From positions 37,140,001 through 37,204,000 of the forward strand of contig NC_087245.1 in assembly GCF_037042905.1 (NCBI RefSeq): a DNA stretch of 64,000 nucleotides, read 5' to 3'. The stretch comes from Lytechinus pictus (Eukaryota). Shown here in pieces: positions 1-13,623 of this stretch. The notes under the pieces are model-generated. The model was not told where the DNA came from. It made no database searches and saw only the letters and a list, made by a program, of their open reading frames with translations. A program made the translations under genes and the position numbers. Each line of letters opens with the position of its first letter. Position 1 is the first letter of the stretch.

Positions 1-489
1 AATGATATACTTTAACCTGGTATCCAGTAAAAATGGCAAGTTGATTTTAAGAAACTACAAAAAAAAGAGGGAACAATCAGACTCTTGAGCAGTTAAACAA
101 AATCAAGCAAACAATAAAGTTTTGAAATTTTTAAAAGTTGTAATCACGACACATATTTTAAATTGGCTGCATATGTGATTTCATTAAGATGTAACTTCTC
201 TATCAATCCATTCCACACAAAAGACTAAAATATCTTTTCATAAATATAAATGAAAATATTTTTATTTAAGAGGACATTTGACAATATGCTATCTGTGTTT
301 TAGTTTGATCACTCCTTAGAGGTAATGTGCTTTGGAGGATAAAGAAGAGCTTTTTCCCTATGAATTATAATTTTGTCATCAAATTACCGGTAGGAGATTG
401 GAAAAATCTTTGAGGCTTCATGATACATGTACTCCATGTGTTTTTATTGTGCATGTTTGTTTTTCATGGCTGGTAGATTTATGTGCACA

Positions 490-844
490 TCATCCTCTCC
501 CTGGGGAGTAATATATCATTTCATAATTAATTTTTCTCTTTCAGGATTTTATAAACCCCAAAGTGGTATCTCTTTCTCAAGCCTGTTCAATATCTTTGTG
601 AAGAATAGAGTGAAAGAAGACCTTTGGGTGGTAGACATATCCTCCACATTTTGGGGAGTATATATTGTTCTATAATTTTATTCTATTTCTTTCCAGGATA
701 CCATCAACCCGAAAGTGGTACCCCTTTCCCAAAGCTTGTTTGATAGTTTGGTGAAGAATAGAGCAAAAGAAGACCTTTGACCAGTGGACATATCATCCAC
801 TCCCTGGGGAGTATTATAGCTGTGATATTTATTTTTTCTTTCAG
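490..844 (+). repeat. Two degenerate tandem copies (~150 bp period) of the DNAJC10 acceptor plus exon 5' half (pseudo-exons)
   Basis: cag|GATTTTATAAACCCCAAAGTGG at 545 and cag|GATACCATCAACCCGAAAGTGG at 697 match the true exon start at 845. Confidence 0.9.
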
Positions 845-1000
845 GATACCATCAACCCGAAAGTGGTACCCCTTTCCCAAAGCTTGTTTGATAGATTGGT
901 GAAGAATAGAGCGAAAGAAGACCTTTGGCTGGTAGACTTCTATGCTCCATGGTGTGGTCCTTGTCAAGCCCTTATGCCAGAATGGAGAAAATTTGCCAAA
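845..1000 (+). CDS. DNAJC10: DNAJC10/ERdj5 internal exon, thioredoxin domain with WCGPC (gene 5' part lies upstream of the window)
   Basis: tttcag|GATACC...GCCAAA|gtgagt; translates DTINPKVVPLSQSLFDRLVKNRAKEDLWLVDFYAPWCGPCQALMPEWRKFAK; 156 nt, phase 0-0. Confidence 0.9.
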
Positions 1001-1069
1001 GTGAGTTCATTTTATTATTAGCTTATGATTTCTTCTCATATATCATAATGGGTGCTCAATTTACCATAA

Positions 1070-1536
1070 AGGGGAAGGCGGGGTAAGTAATGACACTTTT
1101 TGCTTTTTGAATTTTAGAATTGATATGATTATTAATCTTGTAGAAATAAGTACATTGCCTTAAGATTTAAATCTTCTGAAATATTTTTCACCTATATATA
1201 ACTTTCTAACCCCATAATGAAAGTCATTTTCACCTTTGAAAAAAAGAGATGTCAAATGGCTCAACTTGCCCCATCTGTGGGGTAAGTTGAGCCACAAAAA
1301 CTATGTACAAAATGTATGGGGGAAGAACCAGCATGTCAATTTTTATACGCCCATCCTAAGACGGGTCGTATTATGGTATCACGCTCGGTGTCCGTCCGTC
1401 TGTCCGTCCGTCTGTCCGTCCGTTAACTTTTCCTTGTAGACGCGATAACTTCAGTTTGACTTAACCTAGGCTCTTATAATTGGCCTGGGGGTGATGGTCA
1501 ACTTGCCCCTATGCTCAACTTACCCCGCCTTCCCCT
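1070..1536. mobile_element. Non-autonomous TIR element (MITE) with a nested Helentron/DINE-like fragment at ~1340-1480
   Basis: Perfect 19-bp TIR aggggaaggcggggtaagt / acttaccccgccttcccct; inner fragment starts tttttatacgccc...gacgggtcgta and carries a (gtcc/gtct)n microsatellite. Confidence 0.75.
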
Positions 1537-2618
1537 ACAGGTAATTCTGCCTAAGTCCAATCTTGTGAGACCGTAGAAATCTGTTTGACTTCAGAGAAAT
1601 TAGGCTTAGAAGAGGTATATAAAACATGTTTTTGAATCATCTGGTCTTAAACATTGCTTATGGAAGGACTTACGGCAGGTCTACTTAGGCAGAGTTGCCT
1701 GTAAATTTTCATTGTATGATATTACATCAAATATGTACAAATTGTGAAAGTAATGGGACACACCATCGTTTCTGAGGCGATTTGGATGTAGCAATCATTC
1801 CGAAGCAATACTGAAGAAAGAACATACATTCATATTACCAAGGAAGGGATAATCTATTGAAATCAAAAGGTGATTATTTGCTTTATATTCCAGATTGGAA
1901 ATTATTTGATCAGAGACAGAGAAGAAATATGTTATAAAACCATAAATGATATCATATGGAATTCAGGCTGAGTGCAGATTCTCCCCTTGGATCTTTTGCA
2001 TAAAACTTTTTGTCATTGAAAAAAAAAAAAAAAACATGGGCAAAAGAAATAGACACGTTCGTAGTTACTTCATGGACAATTTTGGTCAAATGACCTTTCA
2101 TTTCTGTCATTGTGATAAGCAGATTTCAAAGCAAGGTATTACGTAAGCATTGGGGTAACCATGCATTACATAGCACACCAATGTACACTCTATAAGGAAT
2201 TTGTTGCATTTCTACTTTGAATGCAATTTAGAGCATGTTGTACAATGTACTTGACAAACTGTGAGATACCAGTCGTTCGCGTACCCATTATTTTTTTTAA
2301 ATGTAAATGAAAAACAATTCAAAAGAATATATGAATAATCAAGACATCAGAGTTGGTGCTTATCTCAATAAATTTGAAACCACCATGCCACTTTAGTACT
2401 AATGACCTTCCTCTGATCATGCGAAGAGTGGAAATACGAACCGGCTTATTGCCAGTTTTTCTTTTATGCGACAGGCCCCTTGTTTTAGTTAGATAAGCAC
2501 ATGATTAATTTAGTCATGTGCATTGGTAATGCTTGCTTGTTTACACTCGAGTGCATGCATGAGAGTATGAGAAAGTAAGCACACATTGATATCTAGTTTT
2601 GTCGTGACTTTTTTTCAG

Positions 2619-2752
2619 AAACTGAATGGCACTGCTCATGTAGGTTCGGTAGACTGTATAGAGCATGCGTCCTTATGTCAACAGCTTAGTGTAAACAGTT
2701 ATCCTACCATAAGAGCTTATCCTATGGGACATACAGGCACTGCTAGATTCAG
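2619..2752 (+). CDS. DNAJC10: DNAJC10 exon
   Basis: tttcag|AAACTG...TTCAG|gtaagt; KLNGTAHVGSVDCIEHASLCQQLSVNSYPTIRAYPMGHTGTARF, the second half of a Trx fold; phase joins both neighbours. Confidence 0.9.
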
Positions 2753-3975
2753 GTAAGTGGCATAAAAAGTAGGGAGTTTTCGCACTGCTACGCATTACAC
2801 TTTTAAAATCATAGAAAATGTATTGTCAAATGCCCTATGACAATGACCAACCAATAAGTCTTCGTCGAAAATTGGTGGATCAAAACAGCAGTTTCCTCCT
2901 AGACCCTGGACAAACGACATATTTGCAATTTTCGTTAGCTCCGAAAGGTAGGACGGAACTGTTGTTCCGGTTCACCAGTTTTCGACAGAGACCTCCCAGC
3001 TTTAGATTGTCATTTGATAGGCATTTTTCAATAGATTTACTTCAAAGATATTATTTCAAATTTATCTGATGAGGATCAAAATGGTTGAGGGACTGTGGTT
3101 TTAACACACAAGAAGGGATTGCCAGTCCTACATAAGGTCGCGGGTGACTTATGAAAAGCTTTATGAAACATCACCCAGGGAACTGTAGCATGGAAAGTAT
3201 ATTTGGTGACAACTTTACCTACCATGGCATCAGTGACAGTTACCATGCTAATAAGTAGTGACCACTGATGCTAATTTGAATATATTATTTTGCCAGGGTG
3301 GGGGTAGTCTGCAGGCACAGACCCCGATTGAACCTTAGATTAACAGGTGGGTCTTCGCACAAGAATATCGCATGTAAAGCTTGCTCTGCATGGGTTTTTT
3401 ATACACAGTCACTGTAGGCTGCACATTCAGACCCTTAACTCGAGTGAAGGGTTTGCACTGCAGACTAAGGTGGGGGTACGATGTAGAGTATAAAACCCAA
3501 CATTTTGTTGCACTGAAATATTGATCATCAAAGGAGTAGAAGCAGTTCAAATATGTACAGTTAAGAGAGAGAGAGAGACCGGTTGGAAACTTTGGTACCT
3601 GAAGTGACACAAATATGAATAGATTCCATTATTTCAGTGTTGAATTTGACATAAATTATTGGGGGCGTTACAAGCAAATACACTCGATTCCAAATCAACT
3701 CAAACATAAGACCCCAGAACCAAGGGTAAGTCTTATGATTATATGCAAATCTATAGTGATTTGTATTCACTTGCATCTCAAGTTTCTTGTAAGTGTCTGA
3801 ATTGAATAGATCTATAATTATGATGATCTGGTAATAAATCGCCATTAAACCTTTTATTTTGAAAATATCATTTAGTGGGATTATTCATGTTTGTTTTAAA
3901 TTGCCAAAATATGTTAACTCTAAGAATTTGTTGGGTTTAAAAAAAAAAAAATTTCTACCCTGTCTTGAACCCTAG

Positions 3976-4177
3976 TGCATACAACGGCTGGAACCGTGAT
4001 GTCATGTCTCTCATGGGATGGGTTCATAATTTTCTCCCGTCATCCGTTGAGGTAATCACCCAAAATAACTTCAGAGATAGAGTACTACGGAGCACCGAAC
4101 CTTGGGTTATAGACTTCTACGCGCCATGGTGCGGGCCTTGTATGTCATATATGCCTTCGTTGGAAGAAGTAGCAAAG
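3976..4177 (+). CDS. DNAJC10: DNAJC10 exon, last thioredoxin domain with WCGPC
   Basis: cctag|TGCATAC...GCAAAG|gtatgg; (S)AYNGWNRDVMSLMGWVHNFLPSSVEVITQNNFRDRVLRSTEPWVIDFYAPWCGPCMSYMPSLEEVAK. Confidence 0.92.
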
Positions 4178-4282
4178 GTATGGAATAACATTCATTACTT
4201 ACATCTGGGTGCCATTTCATAAAGACTTCCATCCATATTTTTATTGTTCGAAATAGACATGAAATTAAGTACTCCAAAAATT

Positions 4283-4514
4283 TGCTTTCCCCAATTCATC
4301 ATGCGCCTGGCAGCCGCTGTGCAGTGCCAAATCGACAAGGCTCTTCTATCCCTTTAATTGATGAAGGCCACTCTATCCTTGAATTGTTGAACGCCAAACA
4401 GGGTAGCAGCAACTCCCATCTTTTAACGTCTTTCGGTCTGACGCGACCGGGGTTTGTACTCCTGACCTCCCGGTTGTGAAACGAACGCTCTACCAACTGA
4501 GCCAACACACCGGT
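4283..4514 (-). mobile_element. tRNA-derived SINE nested in a MITE (4208-4632)
   Basis: The - strand reads tggctcagttggtagagcg (A-box) ... ggagtacaaaccc (degenerate B-box), then a non-tRNA body; flanked by MITE ends tttcataaagactt / aagttttatgaaa. Confidence 0.75.
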
Positions 4515-5266
4515 TATGAAGTATAATATCAATAGCAAGTTAACTATCAACCAATCAGATTGAATGATTTCAGTAGCTTTTAACTGTTATTGCTACTTTG
4601 TTATCATAACAAGTTTTATGAAACCGGCCCCGGGCTCTGGATCACAAAGTAAAGCAAGTGATCATTGAATGAATATGCAATCATTGCAATACCACCCTGC
4701 TAGGCATGTCTGTAACCTGTGAAACTAGGAACTATGCTTTATCAAACTTTGGTTAATATTTTGTATTACTAGCGGGGCGTTGCAGGAAATTTGCAATCAA
4801 TTGCAAGCCAATTTTAGGTTCTCAAATCAATTCTAAGTTTTTTTAATTACTCACAAATTCGCAATTGATGCTGGTATGCTTGTTGCGTCGACAAAAAATA
4901 ATCAGTTTGCTTTAGTTGAAATTGATCTATCACTTGTAAATTTGCACACCCCCTGAGTATTCAGAGGGATAGAAGATTGTATCGTAGAATAAGTGAGTGA
5001 CAATTTAAACAATAGCTACGGTGTAACCTGACTGCCCAATACAATGAGGGGAACCTGGGGAGCGTTTCATCAACGTTTTTTGTCCAACAAGTTGTCAGAT
5101 CTGACAGTTATCCCTGATTCTGATTGGCTGAGAGGCACTGCTACTATGGTAACTGTCGGATAAAACGTCTGACAAGTCCTTTCATGAGACGCCCCCCCAG
5201 GAGATTGGTCTTTATGAGCAGGTGGTTATTATTGGACAGGTTCTTGTGATATACTGTTATGTACGT

Positions 5267-5560
5267 GGAGCGTTGTGGCCCAGTGGATTAGTCTTCTGAC
5301 TTTGAAACAGTGGGTCGTGGTTTCGAATCCCAGCCATGGCGTAATTTCCTTCAGCAAGAAATTTATCCACATTGTGATGCACTCAACCCAGGTGAGGTGA
5401 ATGGGTACCCGGCAGGATTAATTCCTTGAATGCATGAGCGCTGAAAGGCAGCTTGAGCTAAAGCCGGGGTAATAATGATAATAACATCACGCCTCGGAAT
5501 ATAATATTTTTAGATAGATGGCGCTATAAAAATGCCTATTATTATTATTATTATTATAAT
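5267..5560 (+). mobile_element. tRNA-derived SINE with (ATT)n tail
   Basis: A-box tggcccagtgg, B-box gtttcgaatccc, body ...cccaggtgaggtgaatgggtacc..., (att)n tail; second copy at 19842. Confidence 0.85.
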
Positions 5561-6093
5561 CATGTTCAAATGTGAAGATTATTCAAGAATACCAAACTAG
5601 TGCTCATTATATAGACAGATAATCCTTTCGATATATGAAGTTGCTATAGCAGGTATGATTGTGTTTTTTTGTTTTTTTTTCAGAATTTACCAATGTCTGT
5701 CATCGTTACATTATTGTATTCATGGAATGAAATCAAATGCGATGCTAATTCAAGCATCCATTTAAATCTAGAATATATCAAAATTAATTTATTCAAACTT
5801 CTATATTTCACTTCTCTCAAAATAAAGTTTATCTGGAACATTCTATCATGAGTTTATTAGCTGATAAATCTATGATATAGGAAATAATAACCTGTTGTTG
5901 TTATTTGGTTTTTACAGCGCTCCCATTCAAAGCAGAATACATTTTGCCACGCAAGGGAAATTATATAATTATATCACTTTATTGTTATCAGTAGATAAAA
6001 CCTTCTGCGGTGATTATGAAGTGAAAGAAAGAGATTTTTGAGATATAAGACAAAAACCTTGATGAAAGTATCTCATTTTGATCTCTCTTGCAG

Positions 6094-6225
6094 GCTTTGA
6101 AAGGCTATGTACGGTTTGGTAAAATTGACTGTCAGTCTTTCCAGTCGACCTGTATGCAGGCATCTATACAAGCCTATCCTTCTCTTAGAATATACAAAGG
6201 AACAGAAACTAAAGGATACTCACAA
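6094..6225 (+). CDS. DNAJC10: DNAJC10 exon
   Basis: ttgcag|GCTTTG...TCACAA|gtaagt; ALKGYVRFGKIDCQSFQSTCMQASIQAYPSLRIYKGTETKGYSQ. Confidence 0.9.
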
Positions 6226-6949
6226 GTAAGTATCAGACAATTTGTTTTTTTTTCCCAATTATTGATCATGTAAAGCTTGATTTTGACCTGATGTTCATTT
6301 TGTTATTTGGAGATAGATGAATGCATGTGACATGTGAATAGGTATCCTCTCTGATTAATTCCTGGAATGTACTAAGTGCTGCTGACAAAGTAGGTGCCCG
6401 AGTGAAAGCCAGGTTAATAATAGTTGCGATTTGTATCCTCAGACAAAAAATGCTGTATAAATGCAGCTATTATTATCACCATCATCATCATCACCACCAC
6501 CACTATTACTACTACTGTTTTAGTTATTATTACAATCATTATTATATTTTGTATGAATTTTTTACTTCACATATAGTTTTTTTGAGAAAGTGATTGTATG
6601 AATTTATTTGTAAATAATGAATAATTTTTTTTATTGTGTTCTGATTAATGACAATCACATGTAAGAATGAAGATACATTTTTTCTGAAAGCAATTTATCA
6701 TGTTAGTCATTATTCTTAATGTTGATTTTTATCATTTGTTGTTTAGAGTGGTTAGTATTTAAACTGAGACTGAATGACTCAAAGGAAACCATTCACTTGT
6801 AATTGTCCTTTTCAACATATTGTTGTAGTAGTACAATATGGGTCAAGATGTCTGTAATATTCAATTATATATAAAGGCCTATAACTTGTATATCACATAC
6901 TTTTCAGTTGTGTTTTTATTTTACTATCTTATTTATCTTTTATTCACAG

Positions 6950-7033
6950 AATTGGTTTGGTGAGCAAGTTTATCAAAAGGAACCGCAGTATCTTATCCCA
7001 TTCCTCAAACAAAGATATACTAAAAATTTAGAT
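6950..7033 (+). CDS. DNAJC10: DNAJC10 penultimate coding exon
   Basis: tcacag|AATTGG...TTAGAT|gtaagt; NWFGEQVYQKEPQYLIPFLKQRYTKNLD; 84 nt, in frame. Confidence 0.8.
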
Positions 7034-7770
7034 GTAAGTATAATTAAACCTGTAAATAGATATTATAAAACAAATAATTTCAAGGATCGCGATTGGTTGA
7101 AATGTGTCTTGTGATATTCAACCTTTGTTACACTTGGCATTGTAGTGCAAAAAGGTTCCCAAGGAAAATTGACATTGTGCACTCCTGTGCACAAATGAGT
7201 ACTATTGTGACAGAGTAGGAGAGCAATAAAAGAATTAAATAAAACAAATAATGCACTGTTTTGTGTGAAAGTAAGTGCAGTGTAAGCATGGTTTTGTTAT
7301 TCAGATGTTGCATGCGTACTATACATTTACCTAAAGGCTCGTGCACAGTACTGCGCCTATCTAAAGAAAATTTTATGTATGCTGCAATTCCACTCGTGCA
7401 CTCAGTTCTGTGCATTGTTTGTTTACAGTATTTGTATGGGCAGAGAGTTGCGTCTGCCCCCCAAATAATTAATTCTAAAATGGTAAATTAAACATGATGG
7501 TTTGTGAATGCTGGATGACGGCTTATAAACGTTTGAATTGATTTTTTTTTCAACGTAAACAGAGGTAAATCAGTTAAAACCTAGATGAAATTAAATCACA
7601 TTTAGAGCAATGTTAGGTCTGTTTAATGTGCAGGCACAAATTTGTGTGCAAATTTGGAACTACATTCCTCGACATTGCTGATGTTGTCTTGTAAAATCGC
7701 CAAGAAAGTGATGATACGTAGCAGGAAAAGTTGCTATTGACTGGTAGTAAGGGCTAGTTCTAGTCCTACA

Positions 7771-8042
7771 GGACCCTGTCTTACAAAGAGTTACGATTGA
7801 TCCGATCAATCACTACTATGGACGGCCAGCAATGTCAACCTCTATTATGCATGTTGGTTCAAAATATTTTCTAACTATGATGTATATTCAAGCACTCATT
7901 GTTTTCTGGAAAATTCACTGTGCTTCTCTTTGTTTACAAAGGACATTGTGCAAATTTCCTGTAGAAAAAATCATGACACTGAAGGATTTCCATAGAGGTA
8001 CGATTGATTGGATCAATCGTAACTCTTTGTAAGATGGGGCCT
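7771..8042. mobile_element. Palindromic MITE (PIF/Harbinger-like); related copies at ~21070-21320 and 23284-23530
   Basis: TIR tcttacaaagagttacgattgatcc / ggatcaatcgtaactctttgtaaga. Confidence 0.75.
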
Positions 8043-8317
8043 CATGGTTATGAGGCGAGGTTGGTTTATCAAATAACGAGGATCCAACTCACTATCTTGT
8101 AAAACTTGTAATACACATCATTTTGATTGGGCATAAGTGTAATTACCCACACCTTAAAAACAGTCCAAATGCCCTGGGCTATGACTCGGGCATGTTAAAA
8201 ATTCCAAAGGACCTCTCGCATGTAATTCTTACCAATACTTTTGATTGCATTACTTGTATGATAAACTCATTGATACATTTCATTAATATTTATTATCTTA
8301 TTTTTTTCCAAATTCAG

Positions 8318-8347
8318 GGCACCGGCCATGCGAAAGATGAGCTATGA
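8318..8347 (+). CDS. DNAJC10: DNAJC10 last coding exon, GTGHAKDEL-stop (ER retention signal)
   Basis: attcag|GGC ACC GGC CAT GCG AAA GAT GAG CTA TGA, followed by AT-rich 3'UTR-like sequence. Confidence 0.88.
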   Translation, partial: GTGHAKDEL

Positions 8348-11300
8348 TGTTGGCCAAATTTGTTCAGTTTTTCCTTTCAACCACTGCAGTTCATGGCTGA
8401 GATAGTACGAATAGGTTTATATCACAAACTTAGATATTGTTATTTATTATCATACCTTTTCTATGTTTTTATCTTCATAATATTGTGATTTCTGAAGGTT
8501 TCCTTCATAATATTGATGTACTTTGAATTACATGTTCTGTAATTGTATTCTGGATTAAATTAACTCACTAGGAATTTCAATGCATTATCATTAGTGCCTT
8601 CAAGTTTAAGGTTTTTTTTTTCATGGGCATTTAAGTGCTCTGTGAAGAATTTGAATGTTATTTTTAAATCCCACATTTGCATTTTATCCTCCAAATGTTC
8701 ACCAAACTTGCACAGATGTTTGTGTGTAGCAGTTGTGCCAATTGTTATGGTTTAGTTTGGCGGGATTTCAAGGACGTCTCGGATAGTTTGGGAATCAATT
8801 CTGCATTCTATTTACAATCACTATTGCTTGTACGCCTAGTTACAAATTTGATCTATTTTTAACACATTAATTGTGAATCAGGATTTGCATTTGTTTTTAA
8901 ATATAAAGTTATATTCGCTGCAAAATGTTCACTAACCCATGAAAACATCCTGTTTGCCAAATTTGCAATAAATATATTTGTTCTCAGTATACTGTTAGGA
9001 GCACTTGTCTTTGCATGCAATTTGTGATGAATAATGATAAAACTACTTAGGTATTTAATGTAAAGTGCACAAAAATATAATAGGACATTTTTAGAAGTAG
9101 TAATGTAAGATGCAAGTAATGCTTGATACAGGAAGTCTTTCACTCTCTTCTAGGCTAAAATATTTATATGTCATGTGGTATGTGTAATTTGGCAACACCT
9201 TTCTATTTGAATTTTCTACCATTTTACATAGTTTGGAGAAAAAAAACATTGGTATTTTAACAAGAATTTTGAAAAGCATGATTGTTAAATGTACTAAAAA
9301 TTGCCAATTTCTTTTCGAAAATATTGATTAATCATTTCATTACAGTGCCATTTTAAAGAGTGCTTAAGTTGTTATTTAAGTTTTATACTTCAGCTCTGGC
9401 TGTTTAAGTTTAAAATGTGTGTTAAGAATCTTCCTAGTCTTTCGTTTCTTTTAAATCTAACTTTTTAATTATATCATAATGCATGTGCTACCATTGTCCA
9501 TTATCTTAAGAGCCTTGTGGACATATGAGATTCCATGGAGCAGAAGTGAAAATTGAAAAATTAAAGATATATTTTACTGGATAAACCCTGAGCCTAGATA
9601 AGAATAAAGATTGATTAAGTAACAGAGATTCCGGAAAACTAGAGTTATAATAAGTACCACAGTAATTAGTGCACAGTGTTTGGTACACTGTGACCAACCC
9701 AATCCCGTAGCACTACTGCGTATGAATTCACAATAATGGCTTAATTTGCGCACATAATGAAACGCACGGACCACCAGCCTAATGTTACTTGAAATTGAAT
9801 CGAAAACAGCCCCACTAGCTTTACCAGGTTTGTGCTGGTGAATTGCATATAGCATATATTTGAATTATTAAATAACAATGCATGCGAGACTGTCTGATGC
9901 ATTCCAATAGTGTATTTTACAATGTCTTTTGTGTTGTGAAGCTCCAAGGAGCAGGTCCAAGGTATTTAATATCTCCTTGCAGACAGGTCATATATGAATT
10001 GTTATTTCTTTATGTCATGGTAGGTTATAAGGAGTCAAAACTATTATTTATTTATGCATAAAATTGGAAATTATTGCAAGTATTGTGATGCGTAGGCTTC
10101 ATGAGAATCAAAGGGCAAGTCTACCCAAACAAAAAGTTGATTTTTTTAAATAACAAGAGAAACATCGAATAAAGAGCTTAACACTGTTTTATCAAAATCA
10201 GGTTCAAAAATGAGAAACTAATGACATTTCAGAGTTTTTGATTAATTTCACAAAACAGGTATATCACCTCCCAGTCAGTATGTAATTGAGGGAACCGATG
10301 CTGTCACCCATCATCATTTTTTTAAACTTTATTTTGTGAAATATCTCAAATTCTCCTCTTTATAAAGTAAGGCAAAGTGTGGAATTGCCATTATTGTAAT
10401 TTAATGTGATTTGATGAAGAGTCTCCTTGTCAATTCTGAAATGAAAAATTGTATTATTAAAAATTCAGAAAATTTCAAAATGTCTTAACTTCTTGTGTGA
10501 TGTGATTTAGACCAACATTATAGACCAATTACAGACCAATATTAATCAGGTGAGAATAGAGATGAGAAGTAAATCATTGCCGAAGTTAAAATGCAAAGTC
10601 TGTAATGAACAAGGAAGGGACGAGATATAAAGACAACCCAGATATGAAAAGTGATAGAGGGAGAAGATTCTTTTTCTTTTTGGGATGCTCCGGGCTGAAA
10701 ATATGTCTAAATAGTAAAATTCACAAAGCAAAATGCTGAAAAATTCATCAAAATCGGAAAACAAATAGCGAAATTTATCAATTTTTTGTGAAAACAGTTA
10801 TTTGCTCATCGTCATATTGATTAGGTGGGCTGATGAAGTCACATCCCCACTTTTCTTATGTTATACATGAAATCATAAATGTTTCATTTTTTCATACATG
10901 TGTAAATGCTGTGTCTCCATTATGATGAAATAAGTTGCGGCAATAAATAACTAACACACTTAATCAGTTGTCAATCCAATTGTTTTAGTTCTTGGTAGAG
11001 CAATTTTGAATAAAAATAATTTCATATAATAAAATACAAAAGAACAAGTGGGGATATGACATCATCAGCCCACCTAATGAATATTCATGACGACATGCCT
11101 AGAACTGTTTCACCGGAATAATGCAAATCTTTAAAATTCAATAACCTTGTTATTTGTTGTCTGATTTTGATCACATTTTCAGCGTTTTGCTCTGTGAATT
11201 TTACTCTATTTATTGAGATATAAATATCTCCAGCATGGACCTTCCCTTTAAAGATGAAAGAATAAAATTTATATTCTAATTGATGACTGAAAAGAAATGG

Positions 11301-12062
11301 ATGACTGATAATTCTTTAATTAGAAGGGGATTGAGAGGAAAGATTATACTATGAAAAGAAGGGAGAGATGTGGATACAGTTTGAATAGGTTGGGGAAGAA
11401 TGTTGGGAAAAATTTTAAAAAAAATGAAACTGTTCAAATGATGAATGAAAAGAAACAGAGTCAAGGGGAGAGCAGGAAGTATAGAGACAGAGGGATAGAA
11501 ATATGATTTACGAAAAATCTTTAGCGATATTGGAGAAATGTTTAAGTTCACCCCACAAAAATGTTGATCTGAATCAATAGAGAAAAATCCCATGGAAAAA
11601 TGAAACAACCATGACGCTGAAAATGTAATCAGAATCGAAAGCAATATAATAAAGTTATGACATTTTAAAGTTACGCTTATTTATCACACGTGAAATGCAA
11701 ATGAGAAACTCAATGATGTCCCTCACTCCCTATTTCTTTTTTGTTGTTGTTTGAATTATACAATATATTAAATGTTACAGATTTGACAATAAGGACCAAC
11801 TTGTGTGAACCATAAAACGTTCAGATTATCATTGACATTTTGTACAGCGGCTTTATTTGTAGCCCTTTTCTCTTCCTTTGTACAGCTTTTTGTAGCAGTT
11901 TATCGCCCTTTTGAAAAACAGCATGAAAACAGCAGATTATTCACATTAAATGTTCTCCAAACACTCTAAACTGCAAGGATTTGAAGTAAATTCAGGTGGA
12001 CTGTAGTAAGGTACCAATCAAAATTTGGATTTAGTTTTTGTCTAGTTCATAAAACTTGGACA

Positions 12063-12483
12063 TAAAGGCCACCGCACACCTAACGACTGTTCGCGATCCG
12101 ATTTTGGAACAAATCGCATTTTGCTCATTTTCTGAAAATGTGAATGGAACATATCATTTTATTTGAGGTTAAAATTTATTAAAAGAATACTAATATAACC
12201 ATTTTGAAAGATTGCAAGCCTTTATTTTGGAGTAAAGGCCAAATAAATTTAAATCGTATACCAATCGTACGACTGCTATGACGTCATTACGACTAGATAT
12301 TAAATTCGCTTTTATTCTAAGAAGGATGATAGCATAGTCACTGATTTGAATATAGGTATTCGTACGATGATTTAGAACATTACACAGTAAGATATCCCAA
12401 GTCTCAATATTAGCATCACATTCTATTACATTTTATTCTGAAATCGGGTCGCAGACCAATCGTAAGGTGTGCGGTCGCCTTAA
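12063..12483. mobile_element. MITE with TIRs; 5'-truncated second copy at ~37553-37910
   Basis: aaggccaccgcacacctaacga / tcgtaaggtgtgcggtcgcctt; body near-identical to 37553-37910. Confidence 0.8.
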
Positions 12484-13351
12484 GAGTAATCAAGTATCAC
12501 TGAACATACTGTGCAAATTTCAGGTCACATGACCGAAGTCAAATGTCAATGAACTTTTCCTTAATCTCGACTATCCAGTTTTTATGCAGGAAAATGTTAC
12601 GAATTTCTTGTCAATAAGGAGGGGGGGGGGGGTAAATAAAGGTCCTAAATAAGGTCATTAGGGAATCTTCGCTTCCACGGTGCCCGATGGATTCAAGAAC
12701 ATAGAGAATCTATTGTCAAATGCCGTTCATGACAATGAACAACCAAGAAGTCTTTGTCGAAAATCAGTGAATCAAAACAGCACTTTCGTCCTGGACTCTG
12801 GACAAAGGACCTAGGCCTATTTGCAATTTTTTGTCAGCTCCGGAACTTAAGACGAACTGCGATACCGGTTCACCCATTTTCGACACAGACCCTCCCAGTT
12901 GTTCATTGTCATTTGACGGGCATTTTTAATAGATTTACTGTGTTCTTGAATTCGTTGTACGTCCCGGTTCGAAAACTCGCTATTATGCGAGACAGTATGC
13001 CGAAAGTTTCCAGGGGAGAGCAATAGTCTGTAAAACATTTTACCCTTTTCCCCCCTTTTCACAATATTATACCGAAGAAATGAGCGAAGGTTTCATATGA
13101 CTTTAAAATTGTCACATGAGGAATGTTGACCTGAGCTCGTCTAGCTTGTGAATAACGATATTTTCCCCTTTATTTTCAATGATTTCAGTGATTTATTGTC
13201 TTCCTGAATTAATTGATTAAACTAAATAAACGTGTAGCAAATGTTGAAAGGGCATATCGACGAAAGTAATCCATAAAAAAAAACGCCGAATGTCTGTCCA
13301 TAATAATAGATCCATGGTAATGCACTGGGGCGAATAAACGAGTGCACAATA

Positions 13352-13623
13352 GGCGGGAAAATTTGAATAGCTGACGGGCAGGCGATAGTGAATGTACGGG
13401 TTTATAAAGGAATGCAAGCCGTGAATACGAGGTACACCACGGCATCAACACCACCAACAACGTTGAGAAAAGCTGCAACGATTGCTAAATTTAAACTGCT
13501 GGAAGGTTTTTTTCCCCACAAGATATCCACAGATTTTCTCTCCTTATATTACAGCGTATGAGAGGAAAGGAGGGAAATGCAGGAAGTGATTTCAAACATT
13601 ATTCTGGCGATAACCAGGTAAGT
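13352..13623 (+). promoter_or_regulatory. Putative promoter and first exon: E2F/CDE-CHR-like site, TATA, consensus splice donor
   Basis: GGCGGGAAAATTTGAA at 13352-13367, TATAAA at 13403-13408, CAG|GTAAGT at 13615-13623, locally CpG-rich. Confidence 0.35.

Noticed and set aside
5267..5340. tRNA gene (also at 19842 and 4440-4514)
   Set aside because: A/B boxes continue into a SINE body rather than closing an acceptor stem, and two have (ATT)n tails; these are SINE heads
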